Source of the DNA: Octopus vulgaris
Lineage: Eukaryota
DNA length: 64,000 bases
Direction of reading: 5' to 3'
Assembly: GCA_951406725.2 (NCBI GenBank)
Contig: OX597817.1
Coordinates: forward strand, 682,001-746,000
Below are positions 13,834-59,270 of the stretch, piece after piece. Within the stretch, counting starts at the first letter, position 1. Every line of letters begins with the position of its first letter. A program made the translations under genes and the position numbers. The notes under the pieces were generated by a model. The model was not told the DNA's origin and did not search any database. It saw nothing but the letters and a program-made list of their open reading frames with translations.

Positions 13834-14229
13834 ATAAACCATAAAAAGTGAGGAGGTATGAGAAATTAATGTATTTAATCACTTGACATCCTTAAGATTA
13901 CAGCTTTCTTCACAGCCTACTTCATGCAATAAGTTCAGTGTAAAATAAAATTATGTTTATCTGTTTGCATTGATATGTATTATTGGTGTAACTATGATGT
14001 TCTGGAGATCTGATGAGCTGCCTTTCTCTATCTGCACTGATTTGTGAATATACAACTGCATTGTATAATGCACAGTATGCATATTAATACAAACATGTAA
14101 ACAACTTTATTTTGCACTGAAATTATTACTGCACGAAGAAGGCAGCAAAGTGGCTGTAACCCTAAAAGGATGTTAAGTGATTAAATAAATACATTCATCT
14201 CTCATACCTCCTCACTTTTTATGATTTAT
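13834..14229. mobile_element. Inverted-repeat element with a degenerate hammerhead core (Penelope pLTR-like)
   Basis: About 140-bp inverted arms; CTGATGA at 14010-14016; 8-bp stem II GCTGCCTT/AAGGCAGC; GTA triplet at 14156-14158. Confidence 0.55.
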
Positions 14230-14399
14230 ACACACACACACACACACACACACATGCATATAAACACATTATCCATGCAAAGAAGATGGTTGTAAGGTTC
14301 ATTAAGCACTGACTGTTGCAGCTCTATTATTGAAAGAACAACAGACATTGAATGAATAAACAGAAGGTGAACGATAAAAAGAAATGAAAAATGCTTCAT

Positions 14400-15295
14400 T
14401 ATGATTTCTGTTATTCATAGAAAGCAGCAGAGAAATCATAAATATGACAAGGGAAAAAGAAATTATTTCATGAACTTTATTAGCTTGCAGCTGTTTCTAA
14501 TATTAGTTGCAATGTACTCATATTTGAATGCTTGTTTATCACCTTATAGCTTCATCAGAGCTCAAGAAATGAAGCACAATTTTATTTGGGAAAGCATTTA
14601 TATATACAAAAAGTGAAAAATTGCATTTTCAGAACTTGATTCGACATTTTGGTAATTTTTTTTATATATCATCATCATTTAACGTCCACTTTCCATGCTA
14701 GCATGGGTTGGACGATTTGACTGAGGACTGGCAAACCAGATGGCTGCACCAGACTCCAATCTGATCTGGCAGAGTTTCTACAGCTGGATGCCCTTTCCAA
14801 CGCCAACCGCTCCGGGCGTGTTGTGGGTGCTTTTACATGCAACCGGCACGAGGGCCAGTCTGGTGGTACTGTCAATGGCCATGCTCAAATGGTGTTTTTT
14901 ACATGCCACCTGCACAGGAGTCAGTCCAGCGGCACTGGAAACGACCTCACTCGAATGTTCTGTTCACATGCCACCGGCACAAGTGCCAGTAAGGTGACGC
15001 TGGTAACGATCACGCTCAAATGGTGCTTTTTATGTGCCACCAGCATAGAAGCCAGACAGCTGCTCTTGCAGTGATCCCGTTCAGATGGAGCTGTTAGCGC
15101 TCCATTGGCACGGGTACCAGTCATCGAATTTGATATATATATGCATTTTCAAATAAAATTGCATTTCATTTTTAAAGCACTGATGAAGCTAAAAAGGTAA
15201 TCAAATATGAGCACATTGCAATGTAAGCTAATGAAGTTTACTAAATGATTTCTTGTTCCCTCGTCATTTATCTAATTTCTTATTATGCTCTCAGT
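14400..15295. mobile_element. Second inverted-repeat hammerhead-bearing element, with an RTE 3' UTR copy (14669-15132) between the arms
   Basis: Arms at about 14415-14605 and 15135-15290 are reverse complements; each has CTGATGAAGCTA; one keeps GAAACAGCTG, the other keeps GTAAGCT. Confidence 0.55.
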
Positions 15296-16220
15296 TGACA
15301 CTTTTCTCCGAAGTGTATGTATAGTGAGTTTGAGCCCCAGGTTATTAGCATCACTAAACCTAAGTGAAATATTAAAAAATATATGTGTGCGTTCTTGTCT
15401 CTTTAAATGAAAGCCTTACAAGCAGTGTTGTGCATTTGCAATCTGCCGTGAAATGTCCAATCATTGTACTATTCATGAACTAGGGAAAAATAAATAAGGC
15501 TTGGCAACAGAAAGGGTATCCAGCTGTAGAAAATCTGCATCAATAAATTTTGTGAAACTTAGAAATGTTTTTCATGAGAATAAATAAAATAAATATTATC
15601 AAAACTGAGAAGGGCAATCAAATGTTTTGATAATATGATCTAAGACCTCGTTTGGAATTTGTTGTATATTTTTATTTTTTTAATCACTGAGACCCATAAA
15701 ACGAGAGTTGGTTGATTACTAGATTCAGTGGACAATACTTGGGCTTCACACTGAAGTCTAATAAATATTAATTACACAGAGAGATAGAATGATAGAAACA
15801 GTTGAATACTTAATAAAATGCTTTATAGTATATAAAGTATGTCTATTCCGCAAATAATCCCATAGGTAATCACCATCATAATTTTTACATCCACTTACCC
15901 ATGCTTGTATGGGTCAGATGGAATTTTATCAAGGTAGATTTACAATGGTTGGATGCTTTTTCTGTTGATCAAGAAAACAAAAATCAAATACTGGGGGCCA
16001 TTCTCCCAACTACAACACCTCGCTTGGAAATTTCTTGCCATATACTAATATAAGAGAACATTATTACTGTTAGTATTATTAACAGTCACTAAAAGCTGAA
16101 GTCATTAATGAGAAAATTGTGTCCACTGGCTAGAATCCACATCATAACGGCTGAGATATCAGTTCTACAATGATACTTCTCTACCACTTTTTTTTCAGCA
16201 GTTTTATTTGGAACTATTAA

Positions 16221-16438
16221 CCCTCTAGCATTTAAACTGGCCACATCAGGCCTAAATATTCCACCTGTTTTATGTTCAAACCAGTCAGGTCTGACCTCTC
16301 ACACCTAACCCACAATGTTATTCTAATAATAAAGAACCACATCTTTGAAATCATGAAGCTATTTGACAATGTATGATTAACTCAAAACAATATGAATAAA
16401 TAGGCATCGCACTTGACAATAATCTGAATACTAAAGGG
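16221..16438. mobile_element. piggyBac-type MITE family member (other copies at 24309-24516, about 38674-38888, 44229-44415, 57579-57734, 58875-59097)
   Basis: TTAA|CCCT(T/C)TAGCATT...AAT(G/A)CTAAAGGG|TTAA ends and a shared internal sequence. Confidence 0.8.
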
Positions 16439-16619
16439 TTAAGTTAACCATTTGCAACTACCACAAAGGGAGTGGAATGTATTTTTATTCAGTCAAGGGT
16501 TCAACATAATGGTAAGACTAAAGAGAGTTCATATAGTCAGTTTAGTATATTATCTATTTATAATATATACTACTAAAACTTTGTGGTTGCTTGCGATCTT
16601 GTCTGTAATTTAAAACAAA

Positions 16620-16800
16620 CAGGTGCGGGCATGGGCATGTGGTTAGGGAGCTTGCTTCTTAGCTATATGGTTTTGGGTTCAGACCCACTGCGTGGCACTT
16701 TGGGTAGGTGTCTTCTGCTATAGCCCCGAGCCGACCAAAGCTTTGTGATTGAATTCGGCAGGCGGAAGTTACTGCCGTGTGTGTATATGTGCGTGTAGGT
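16620..16800 (+). mobile_element. tRNA-derived SINE, 5' half
   Basis: Same family as 5038-5430. Confidence 0.75.
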
Positions 16801-17081
16801 GCTTGTGCCTCTCCGAAAGGGAGAGAGAGGTGCATAATAGGAAAATATTCTGAAAGTAAAGGACCCCTGAAATGTGAATACAAACAGAATAAAATAAGTT
16901 TCAAGTAAATTGGACCACAGATTCCTGAAACATGCGGTTTTTTGGGTTTGTTTCCACAAATTTAAGCAGTGAGACCTGGAGTTATTGCCCTTTACTGTGA
17001 ATACCTGGATAGTTTTGTTGATATAGTTACAAATATGTACCCCACTGACTTCGTTGCCTCATAACTTCCAGGAAAATGGAT

Positions 17082-17417
17082 ATTCTCTTTACTCTTTTAC
17101 TTGTTTCAGTCATTTGACTGCGGTCATGCTGGACTTATTCTTTGTAAGCCCAGTACTTATTCTATCGGTCTCTTTTGCCGAACCGCTAAGTGACGGGGAC
17201 GTAAACACAATGCTAGGGGCACAAACACACACATATATATATACATATATACGACAGGTTTCTTTCAGTTTCTGTCTACCAAATCCACTCACAAGGCATT
17301 GGTCGGCCCGGGGCTATAGCAGAAGACACTTGCTCAAGATGCCACGCAGTGGGACTGAACCTGCAACCATGTGGTTGGTTAGCAAGCTACTTACCACACA
17401 GCCACTCCTGCGCCTAT
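17082..17417 (-). mobile_element. tRNA-derived SINE
   Basis: Reverse complement of the 5038-5430 family with internal deletions. Confidence 0.85.
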
Positions 17418-18188
17418 ATGTTTTAACAAAATTTTCAACAAATACTGCTCAGATGCTGTGGGTTGAGAGTATACAGGAATTTATGGGAAAGAAGATTTCC
17501 GGGAGGGTGGGAAGAAGAGTTTCAGAAAATTCACATGATCTGACATTTTACCTTCATAACCTTCAAGAAAATGGATTTCTTTTCATGAAATTTTATGCAA
17601 ATACCTTTCAATCAGCAGAAATTATGATTATAATGAAATTTGTGGGGAAAATTTTTCTGAAGAGGTGGGGAGAGAGAAAAAAAGTAAATATTTTCAGAGG
17701 AAAAGGTGTACGATTCAAGGGAGATTTGGCTGTTGTTTCTAGCACCTCCCAAATCACCTTCGTTTTTCACTCTCACATGTACTGATGTTTTCTCAATATT
17801 TTTCTCCCATTAAACACATTTTATGGAATGATGATGCTGAAGTAACATAAGCGTGGTCCATTGATGAAATATAACAAACACAAATGTAATTAAACTTTTA
17901 CCCCCACCTCAATCAAGCAAAGCCATATGTGTGTAAGAAAAAGCATTTTCTAACAGAAAAGTATGTTATCAAAATGAATTACCATTTACATACCACTGTG
18001 GATAAATGCCAGCAATGACTTTTTCAGGCTCTCCAATATTTTAATTATAAATAGAAACAATCGGGAGTATGGAGTTGGTTTAAAAAAAAATAATAATTTT
18101 TCAAATTTTTTGTCAAAGGATATAAATATATTTATGGGGAGAAAAATATTGAAAAACATTAATACATTCGAGAATGAGAAAGAAATGA

Positions 18189-18955
18189 GGATCTTTTCCT
18201 TTTGAACGTCACTTTTTAACATAATTTCAAGGTAACTAAAAAGTTTTAAACTTCATATACTGGTAGAATGTGTTTATAAAACATCATTTTCTCTTGGCTT
18301 TATTGAGAAAATTCTATAGTTTGTAAGATATTTCGTCTGAAATTACTTGCATTTTGGCAATTTTAACCAATCACTGGAGTCCATTTAGGTAAATAACATT
18401 CTGTGCATAATGAATATGTCCCTCCTTTAAGAAACAGATTTGTGAAGAAAAAAAGATGCCCTTCCCCAACCCTAACTCTAAAATAGATTGAAATGCAATA
18501 GATCGATACTAGGGCTATAATTATGGGTGACATTTTCATTTGACACCGCTAGAAAAAAATCCAATTTACCGTAGCGTTGTCGTATGAAATTGTCACCCAT
18601 AATTATAACCCTAGTATCGATTTATTGCATTTCAAGCTATTTTAGATTTAGGGTTAGGGGTGGGGGAAGGGTATCTGTTTTCTTCACAAATGTAAATAAA
18701 CCCAATCTGTTTCTTAAAGGAGGGACATATTCATTATGCACAGAATGTTATTTACCTAAATGGACTCCAGTGATTGGTTAAAATTGCCAAAATGCAAGTA
18801 ATTTCAGATGAAATATCTTACAAACTATAGAATTTTCTCAATAAAGCCAAGAGAAAATGATGTTTTATAAACACATTCTACCAGTATACGAAGTTTAAAA
18901 CTTTTTAGTTACCTAGAAATTATGTTACAAAGTGCTGTTCAAAAGGAAAAGATCC
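18189..18955. mobile_element. 767-bp foldback MITE with about 360-bp TIRs and an 8-bp TSD
   Basis: GGATCTTTTCCTTTTGAAC...GTTCAAAAGGAAAAGATCC; flanks AGAAATGA / AGAAAGGA (7/8 match). Confidence 0.9.
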
Positions 18956-19074
18956 AGAAAGGAGAAGGGTTGTCTTGGGATGTGCTAGAAACAACTGACA
19001 AATCTCCCTTAAATCACACTTTTCTCTCTCAAAATAATTTTTTAAATATATTTTTTACCGAACACATTCCAGTA

Positions 19075-19457
19075 CTTTTTGGTTATCCCACCCCCATTAA
19101 AAAATTGGGTTATCTCCCCACTAAAAAGCTGAGTTTATGTGGCAACAAGAGATTGGATTAAAAGATCCTTTTGATCCAATACTTCAACACATTGTTGACT
19201 TTTGGCCTAATCAACAGGCATGGTATGATTTGTTATAAAAATGTTATTAGATTCAACAATATGCTTAATTTTTTCCAGTTTCCATGTTTATTAATCTTTT
19301 CAGTTTTGTATGATTGGTTATAAAAATATCAGATTCAATAAAATGTTTACTTTTCATGTTTATTAATTTTTCATTTTTTGGTTGTTTTATTGAGGGTTAA
19401 ACAGTCTTTTTTAATTGGATAACCCAATTTTTTAATAGGGGTCAGATAACCAAAAAG
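19075..19457. mobile_element. Tc1/mariner-type MITE (TA TSD)
   Basis: TA|CTTTTTGGTTATC...GATAACCAAAAAG|TA, about 40-bp TIRs; second, split copy at 33627-34923. Confidence 0.8.
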
Positions 19458-20171
19458 TATCAACACTCTTCCCATGGTTTTGAAGTGCCAAAAGAATTGG
19501 CCAAAATTGGTCCGGAGAGGGATGATGGGCGGGGGGGGTGGTTTAAAAATTTCTTTTTCATAAAAAGATGTTCACCACCCACATCATTTCAAAGGCTGAG
19601 GTAAAGGTAAAAAAAAAAAAGGAAAAAATTTCCAACTTAATTGGTCTTCCTGATCCGAAACTCTTCTCCGCACCAGTTTTTCTTTTTGTTTTTTTTTGCA
19701 TTATTCGTTATCCCCGACATGTAAAACCAAGGAATCCGAATAAACCTTTTCAGAAAAATCCATTTTACAAAGTGAGGTGCGAATCTGCACTAGCACCCCA
19801 CCCTCACCCCTACAAAAAAACTTCATTTACGACTTTATTGTGTTAAACTGTATAAACATAAAAATTCAATTCCAAACAGGAGTTACATTGTTACTTCTAA
19901 TTTTACACTCCCTTCCGAGAGGGTGAATGCCCTAAATATATGATTTTAACAACTGATATCACGTCATAGGTGAGTGACCTCCCTTGTTTAAGAAATATGA
20001 TTCCTTTTTTAATAAGAAGACCTTTGGAGCCTCAGGTTGGCGAGACCAAAGTAATAGTCAATGCGAATCACTGTTAGTTCCAAAAGAGACATGTAGCGGC
20101 AAAGAATAATCACTGAGCTCAATCAGTCAGCAGTGATACTCGATAGGTTAACGTAACTTTGTCTTACACAA

Positions 20172-20556
20172 GACTCTTTTACTCTTTTACTTGTTTCAGT
20201 CATTTGACTGTGGCCATGCTGGAGCACCGCCTTTAGTCGAGCAAATCGACCCCAGGACTTATTCTTTGTAAGCCTAGTACTTATTCTATCGGTCTCTTTT
20301 GCTGAACCGCTAAGTTACGGGGACGTAAACACACCAGCATTGGTTGTCAAACGATGTTGGGGGGACAAATACAGACACACAAACATACACACACATATAT
20401 ATATATATACGACGGGCTTCTTTCAGTTTCCGTCTACCAAATCCACTTACAAGGCTATAGTAGCAGACACTTGCCTAAGGTACCACACAGTGGGACTGAA
20501 CCCGGGACCATGTGGTTGGTAAGCAAGCTACTTACCACACAGCCACTCCTACGCCT
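20172..20556 (-). mobile_element. tRNA-derived SINE
   Basis: Near full-length reverse-complement copy of the 5038-5430 family. Confidence 0.87.
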
Positions 20557-21499
20557 AAGTCTCTGCTAAAAGCATTTGTATGATGTTAAATACATAATGA
20601 ACTCTAAGTTGCATATTCAACGTGTTGGTGCGTTGCTCTGTGTAATCTCCGTATACCAGTAAAAGTAGAAGTGTAGGTGCAGCTGTTCACTTTATATATA
20701 GATAATAAAATACATACAATGGTGCAATAACCAAATATTTGAGTTTCATGAAAAGAGCCTTTAGAGATCAGGTTGTGAGACAATGTGATCTATGGCCTTC
20801 ATACTTTTTAAAACCGTTTTCTCTGAGTAAACTGGAATCCGAGGAAACTGCCGATGGAGTGCTTCAGCAAAAATGTCGTAAAAAGTTTGTGAACTGTGAC
20901 ATGTATTTAATAAACAATTTAAAATTTTAGATCACTAGGTAGGATTTGTTGATTTTTTTTTTTAATGTAGAATATAAGCGAGTGAAATACCCCTATGGTA
21001 AGCATGTTTGTACGAGTAAGAGAGAGACGCTTCTATGGCATAAATACAGAAGTGTGTCCCTCCTCCGATTTTGTTTCCTCATAACATTATGAAGACTGTA
21101 TATTCTTTAATGAAAATTTTCCCCAAATATTTCCGGATAATTCATGCAGCCCGACTTTATTTCCTCAAACATTTTGATGACGCAAATTACAAATCTGTCG
21201 AAAAAAACACAAAGAAACTTTGAAGACTATTTCACCATTTCCTTTTTGGAATTTGTTTAATGAATTCTTTTAAATAAGATGAGTTTTTTCAAAGCCAACA
21301 AATGTACCCCTGATACTCCTTGTTTTCAAATTAAGCCAGTATCTCTGAAAAATTTAATGTTATTCAAAAATGTTCCTTTAACAAATTCCAGAAAGGAATG
21401 GATGGAATCGCCCTCAAAAGTAATTTTGTTCAACATGATGAAACGTTTGGGGAAACACTGTTGTCTTCTTTTGAGACAGCATCCACCCGGGGTGGGTTG

Positions 21500-21790
21500 A
21501 GCTGGCTTCATTCAGCCTCAATGCTGCATCTCTTACAAATGCCGATTTGAGGCTAACAACCGCGTGATCTCCAACCACTCCTTATTCTAGCGGCGAACGC
21601 CGTAGATATGGGGATCTAGGTTGGGTTCCAGATCAGTCTTGACCGTCATCAGCCAGGTTTTTCGTTGTCCACCACATCGCTTTCGCCAACCCTGAAGGGG
21701 AGCTGGGGCAATTGCTTCATAGATGAATTCTCCTGGTTGACAACGGAGGGCAAACATTGGATCGCCCAACGTTATGGTGCGTGGAATATC
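21500..21790 (-). pseudogene. 3' fragment of a second RTE-like non-LTR retroelement
   Basis: ...GWRKRCGGQRKTWLMTVKTDL... resembles the G(R/G)xRxxW C-terminal motif of RTE ORFs. Confidence 0.55.
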
Positions 21791-22204
21791 CGCCCCCACA
21801 GTTTTTTTCCACACTAAATTCCGATGTTATCTTAATCTACACCGTCTAAAAGATATTTGTAGTAAATTTCCTAGTTATGAGAAAACTGAGTCAAGGTACA
21901 AGCATACATGTGTAGTTGGCACTTTTTTATGTTTTGATTATCAAAGAATCAAAAAAAAAAGTTAATTGTTTATAAATCAAAAATAGTATGTTTAAGGAAT
22001 TTACTACAGTGCATTTTAATTTTCCATATGTAAATTATATTTCGTTTGTATTGGATGGTATGAAGACATTATTTACATTCTAAAAATGGTGCTTTCAACT
22101 TCAAAAGTATTACTTGGAGTACTTTTTGAAAATCTTCAGTTTCAATTTATTAACGATGACAATATAATTACAAATGCTAACAAAATAGAACTGATGAAAC
22201 ATTT

Positions 22205-23281
22205 ATACAAAAGAGGTTGTCACAGTTCTAGGACAACACTCTTTACCCTATGAGATGACATCTGGTGTACCACAGGGATCTGTTCTTGGCCCCCTTTTAT
22301 TTGTTGCATATGTTAATGACATAGATGCCAACTTAAAGAAAGCCACTGTGCTGAAATATGCAGATGACATCAAGCTGTACCTCGAAATAAAGAGGTCGGA
22401 TCCTGTACACTATAGATCTTTATTGCAATCAGACCTGGACACAATGCCGCAGTGGATCATGGACTGGCAACTCAAGCTGGCTGTGGACAAATGTCCCACC
22501 ATGCATTTTGGGAGGAAAAACCCAGCGTCTACTAACTCCCTCCACAACACTAATCTCAAAAAGTCTTCTTGTGACCTGGGCATTATTATCGACAGCAATT
22601 TGCATTGGACAAAGCACATTGCTAAAATTGCCAAGAAGGCTGAGGGTGTCTTCGCATCACTTACCAAGTCCTTTGTGAGCCGCTCTCCGGCTATCTATAT
22701 GAGGCTTTATATAGCTACGGTGCGGCCTCACCTGGAATTTGCATCACCGGTCTGGAACCCCTATCTTGCCCAGGATATTAATCGTCTGGAAACCGTTCAG
22801 CGACGTGCAACCAAAAGAATACCCTCCACCAGGCATTTGCCATATTCTGAACGCCTTACTTCCCTGGGCATGGACACGTTGAAACTCTGACGTCTGGCAG
22901 CTGACTTGGCAGACACCCATAAAATTATTAACAATAACTCTGAGCACCTTTTCAAACTCCACCTGTCTACATGTTTACAAAGTAAGAAAACAGCACAGCT
23001 CCCATGACTTTCGGAAACATTTTTTCGCGCTAAGAGTTGCTGAAGTATGGAACAAACTGCCGGCATCAGTTGCTATTTGTCGAAGCACTGCATCCTTCCT
23101 GAGATTCGCCAACACTACACCTGATTTTCTCCCCTCCATACACACGCAAGCATGTATCTGACTCATGCATTGTTCACTTCCCAGACATTTGTATATTACT
23201 GCATATGCTTCATACGCACTTTTGACAAGTTGTGGTGCACCTGAGCACTGTATACAATAATTTCATTAATATTATTATTAT
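22205..23281 (+). mobile_element. 5'-truncated CR1-clade LINE relic (RT domain, 3' UTR, (ATT)n tail)
   Basis: SGVPQGSVLGPLLF, KYADDIKL, VRPHLEFASPVWNPY, ETVQRRATK; premature TGA at 22888-22890. Confidence 0.92.
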
Positions 23282-23786
23282 AAAAAGTATTGAAAATCAT
23301 TTGATCGTGGTCGCACTTTTTTTCTTTTTACAGATTCTAAATTTCTGATGTTCAAAACAAAAAACACCAAAAATCGTTATGAGATAGGTATAATGGTAAC
23401 AAATATACTGGAAAAGGCCACGGTATGGGAAACCAAAAATTAATAAAAAATTTCGGCATTCTTTCGATATGAGTCCCGTTTACCTCACGTGTATTTGTTT
23501 ACATTTGAAGATCATCACATTCCGTAACATTTTTATTTTTTTATATAAGTGGGGTTAGGGTATCTTTTTTTCTTCCGAAATGTAAATAAACCCACATGGG
23601 TTTATAAGTGACAGTTATGTTACTAGTACCGAATGATCGCCAAAATTTCTATCACGGAAGGGAACTCTTCCAAATTCTTACCCCTTTCCTTCCTCATGAG
23701 GCAGTGACAGCTATTCCGAAAATTCTATAGATGTGACCACGTTTCGTGAGACAGGTGCAGTAGTAAAAAAAATTATAAAAAAGATT

Positions 23787-24062
23787 GGCGATCTTTCGTT
23801 TTGACTCGAAGTAACGTAAACAATGAATTCGGTGATTTCTGTGACCACATGTTGTCTTATCAATTGGGAAGAGAAAGCTAATGGGTTGTGCGTGCGTGCT
23901 TGTTCCTCTGTGTTATTTCTACATTCCACAACATATAAATACAAAAGAAAAACAAAAAAACATAACAGACACACACAGAGAGGAACAAACACGCACGCAC
24001 AACCCATTAGATATGACCGAATTCATTGTTTACATTTTTTCGAGTCAAAACGAAAGATTGCC
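23787..24062. mobile_element. Merlin/IS1595-like MITE
   Basis: TIRs GGCGATCTTTCGTTTTGACTCGAA / TTCGAGTCAAAACGAAAGATTGCC; perfect 8-bp TSD AAAAGATT; GGNRM terminus. Confidence 0.7.
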
Positions 24063-24679
24063 AAAAGATTTCACTAACACGAAAATACACCCCAAAACAA
24101 AACAAACACCAAAAATATATAATGAATAAAATTTTAGTAACATGAACAAAACAATAAAAAAAAGTAAACTTTTGGGGTTTTTTTAACATCACAATTACAG
24201 AAATATGGGAAGTTATGTAGACCTGAGAATAATTAAGATACAAAACAGCAATTTCTTTTCTGATAAAAGCATTCATTCACGTGTACTTCTTTCTCTGGCG
24301 ATAGTTAACCCTTTAGCATTCAGATTACAGTCAAATGTAATGTTTATTTATTCATTGCTTTGAATTAATGATGCCTTATCTTGTAGTATGGATGAGGCAA
24401 CTGTTTCTTTATAGAATGACGTTGTTGGATAGGTTTAAGGAGTAGTATCTGGCCTGTTTGAACACAAAACAGGTGGAATATTCGGGCAGGATATGGCAGG
24501 TTCAAATGCCAGAGGGTTAAGGTTTCATGTAAAAAAAAAAATAATAAATGGGTTTATGAAGTAACTCACATCGAAATACATTCATGACAAATGCAAATGT
24601 CATGGCAGTAGGGTAGAATTATTTGTTCCAGTTCCATTAAATCTATCGTACTGGAATGGAATACCAAAAGACACAACGG

Positions 24680-24850
24680 ACACTTCTACCAACACATGCT
24701 TCCGCTTTACTTCTACTTTCATTTCTCCCGCGGGAAATGCGAAACGGTTGACCAATCAAATTTCGATTTATTGCAACGTCAACATTTCCGTTAGATTTCT
24801 GGAATTCGCGCATGTACACTTCCTCGACTTCCGGTCAATCATTCGCTTTC
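24680..24850. promoter_or_regulatory. CpG-enriched core promoter (E2F-like GCGGGAAA 24730-24737, CCAAT 24752-24756, ETS/GABP ACTTCCGG 24827-24834)
   Basis: Visible local CpG enrichment against a CpG-depleted background and clustered housekeeping-type motifs about 1.5 kb upstream of the TRAM1 ATG. Confidence 0.55.
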
Positions 24851-25688
24851 TTGATACTGCTCCTTAAACGAATTCATTGAAGGCGGTCAGCCGCTAGAAT
24901 CGCTAAGTATGCCGGACAAAGTTCTTACGAGCATTTCTTGCGTTCGGATTTCAAATGAAGTCTGCTGCGCCTTAAATCCGGTCGAGTTTGATCAAATAAA
25001 TACGACTGGGGTCGATGTAATCAACTAGTCCCTCCCTTCAAAATCTACTGGCCTTGTGCCAAAACTTGTAAGAATATAAAGTTATGCAATAAATGATTTT
25101 TCCGCGCTGCGAAGGTTCTTTTTAGTTTAGATATGATTTGCTTCTATTTGAATTTTTTCTCCAAAGTTGATATTTATTCTCTTATTGTCGCCAGGTTTCA
25201 AAACTCTTAATTCCTTCCGCCAGACATTATTACCTCCCCTTTGACATCGATTTATCTCCCTTGCAGTTCACTTGACTTCTACTCTTACCGCCACTTGTCA
25301 TCTCTTTCACTCAACTACCGCTTACTGCTACTTCGTCATAATTCATATCTCTTACTTTCACTCTGTCATGTCACCCCTCCTATTTTAACTATATACGTAC
25401 ATTTATTATATAGATTTGTATCGTGAATTCTCCTTTCGTTATATACACTCTGACAGTGTTGTCTTTTACCTTTGACTACTACTCCAACCGGCTTTTAAAT
25501 GTTTTCTCTTCCCCCTCTCTATTCCTTTTGTTCGCTTTCAATCACTCACCCTATTACTCCCACGATTCGCGTCGGCGTCAACGTCACGAAACGTTGAAAG
25601 ATTTTTTGTCGCTCTTACTCCTCCCCCTTTCTTTTATCTACTCACACTTTCTACGATTTTCTCTCTCTCTCTCTCCTCCCCTTCATAA

Positions 25689-59270
<33,582 letters not shown>

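Noticed and set aside
15419-15478. Minus-strand segment with good splice signals (FMNSTMIGHFTADCKCTTLL)
   Set aside because: It lies within a decayed copy of a common repeat seen elsewhere in the window.
17054-17785. 243-aa ORF
   Set aside because: It reads through an antisense SINE and low-complexity flank with no domain signature.
24570-24585. MNVFR resembling the KDEL receptor N-terminus (and MTFAFVMNVFR loosely resembling AP5S1)
   Set aside because: No downstream exons with KDELR or AP5S1 motifs were found; the match is too short.
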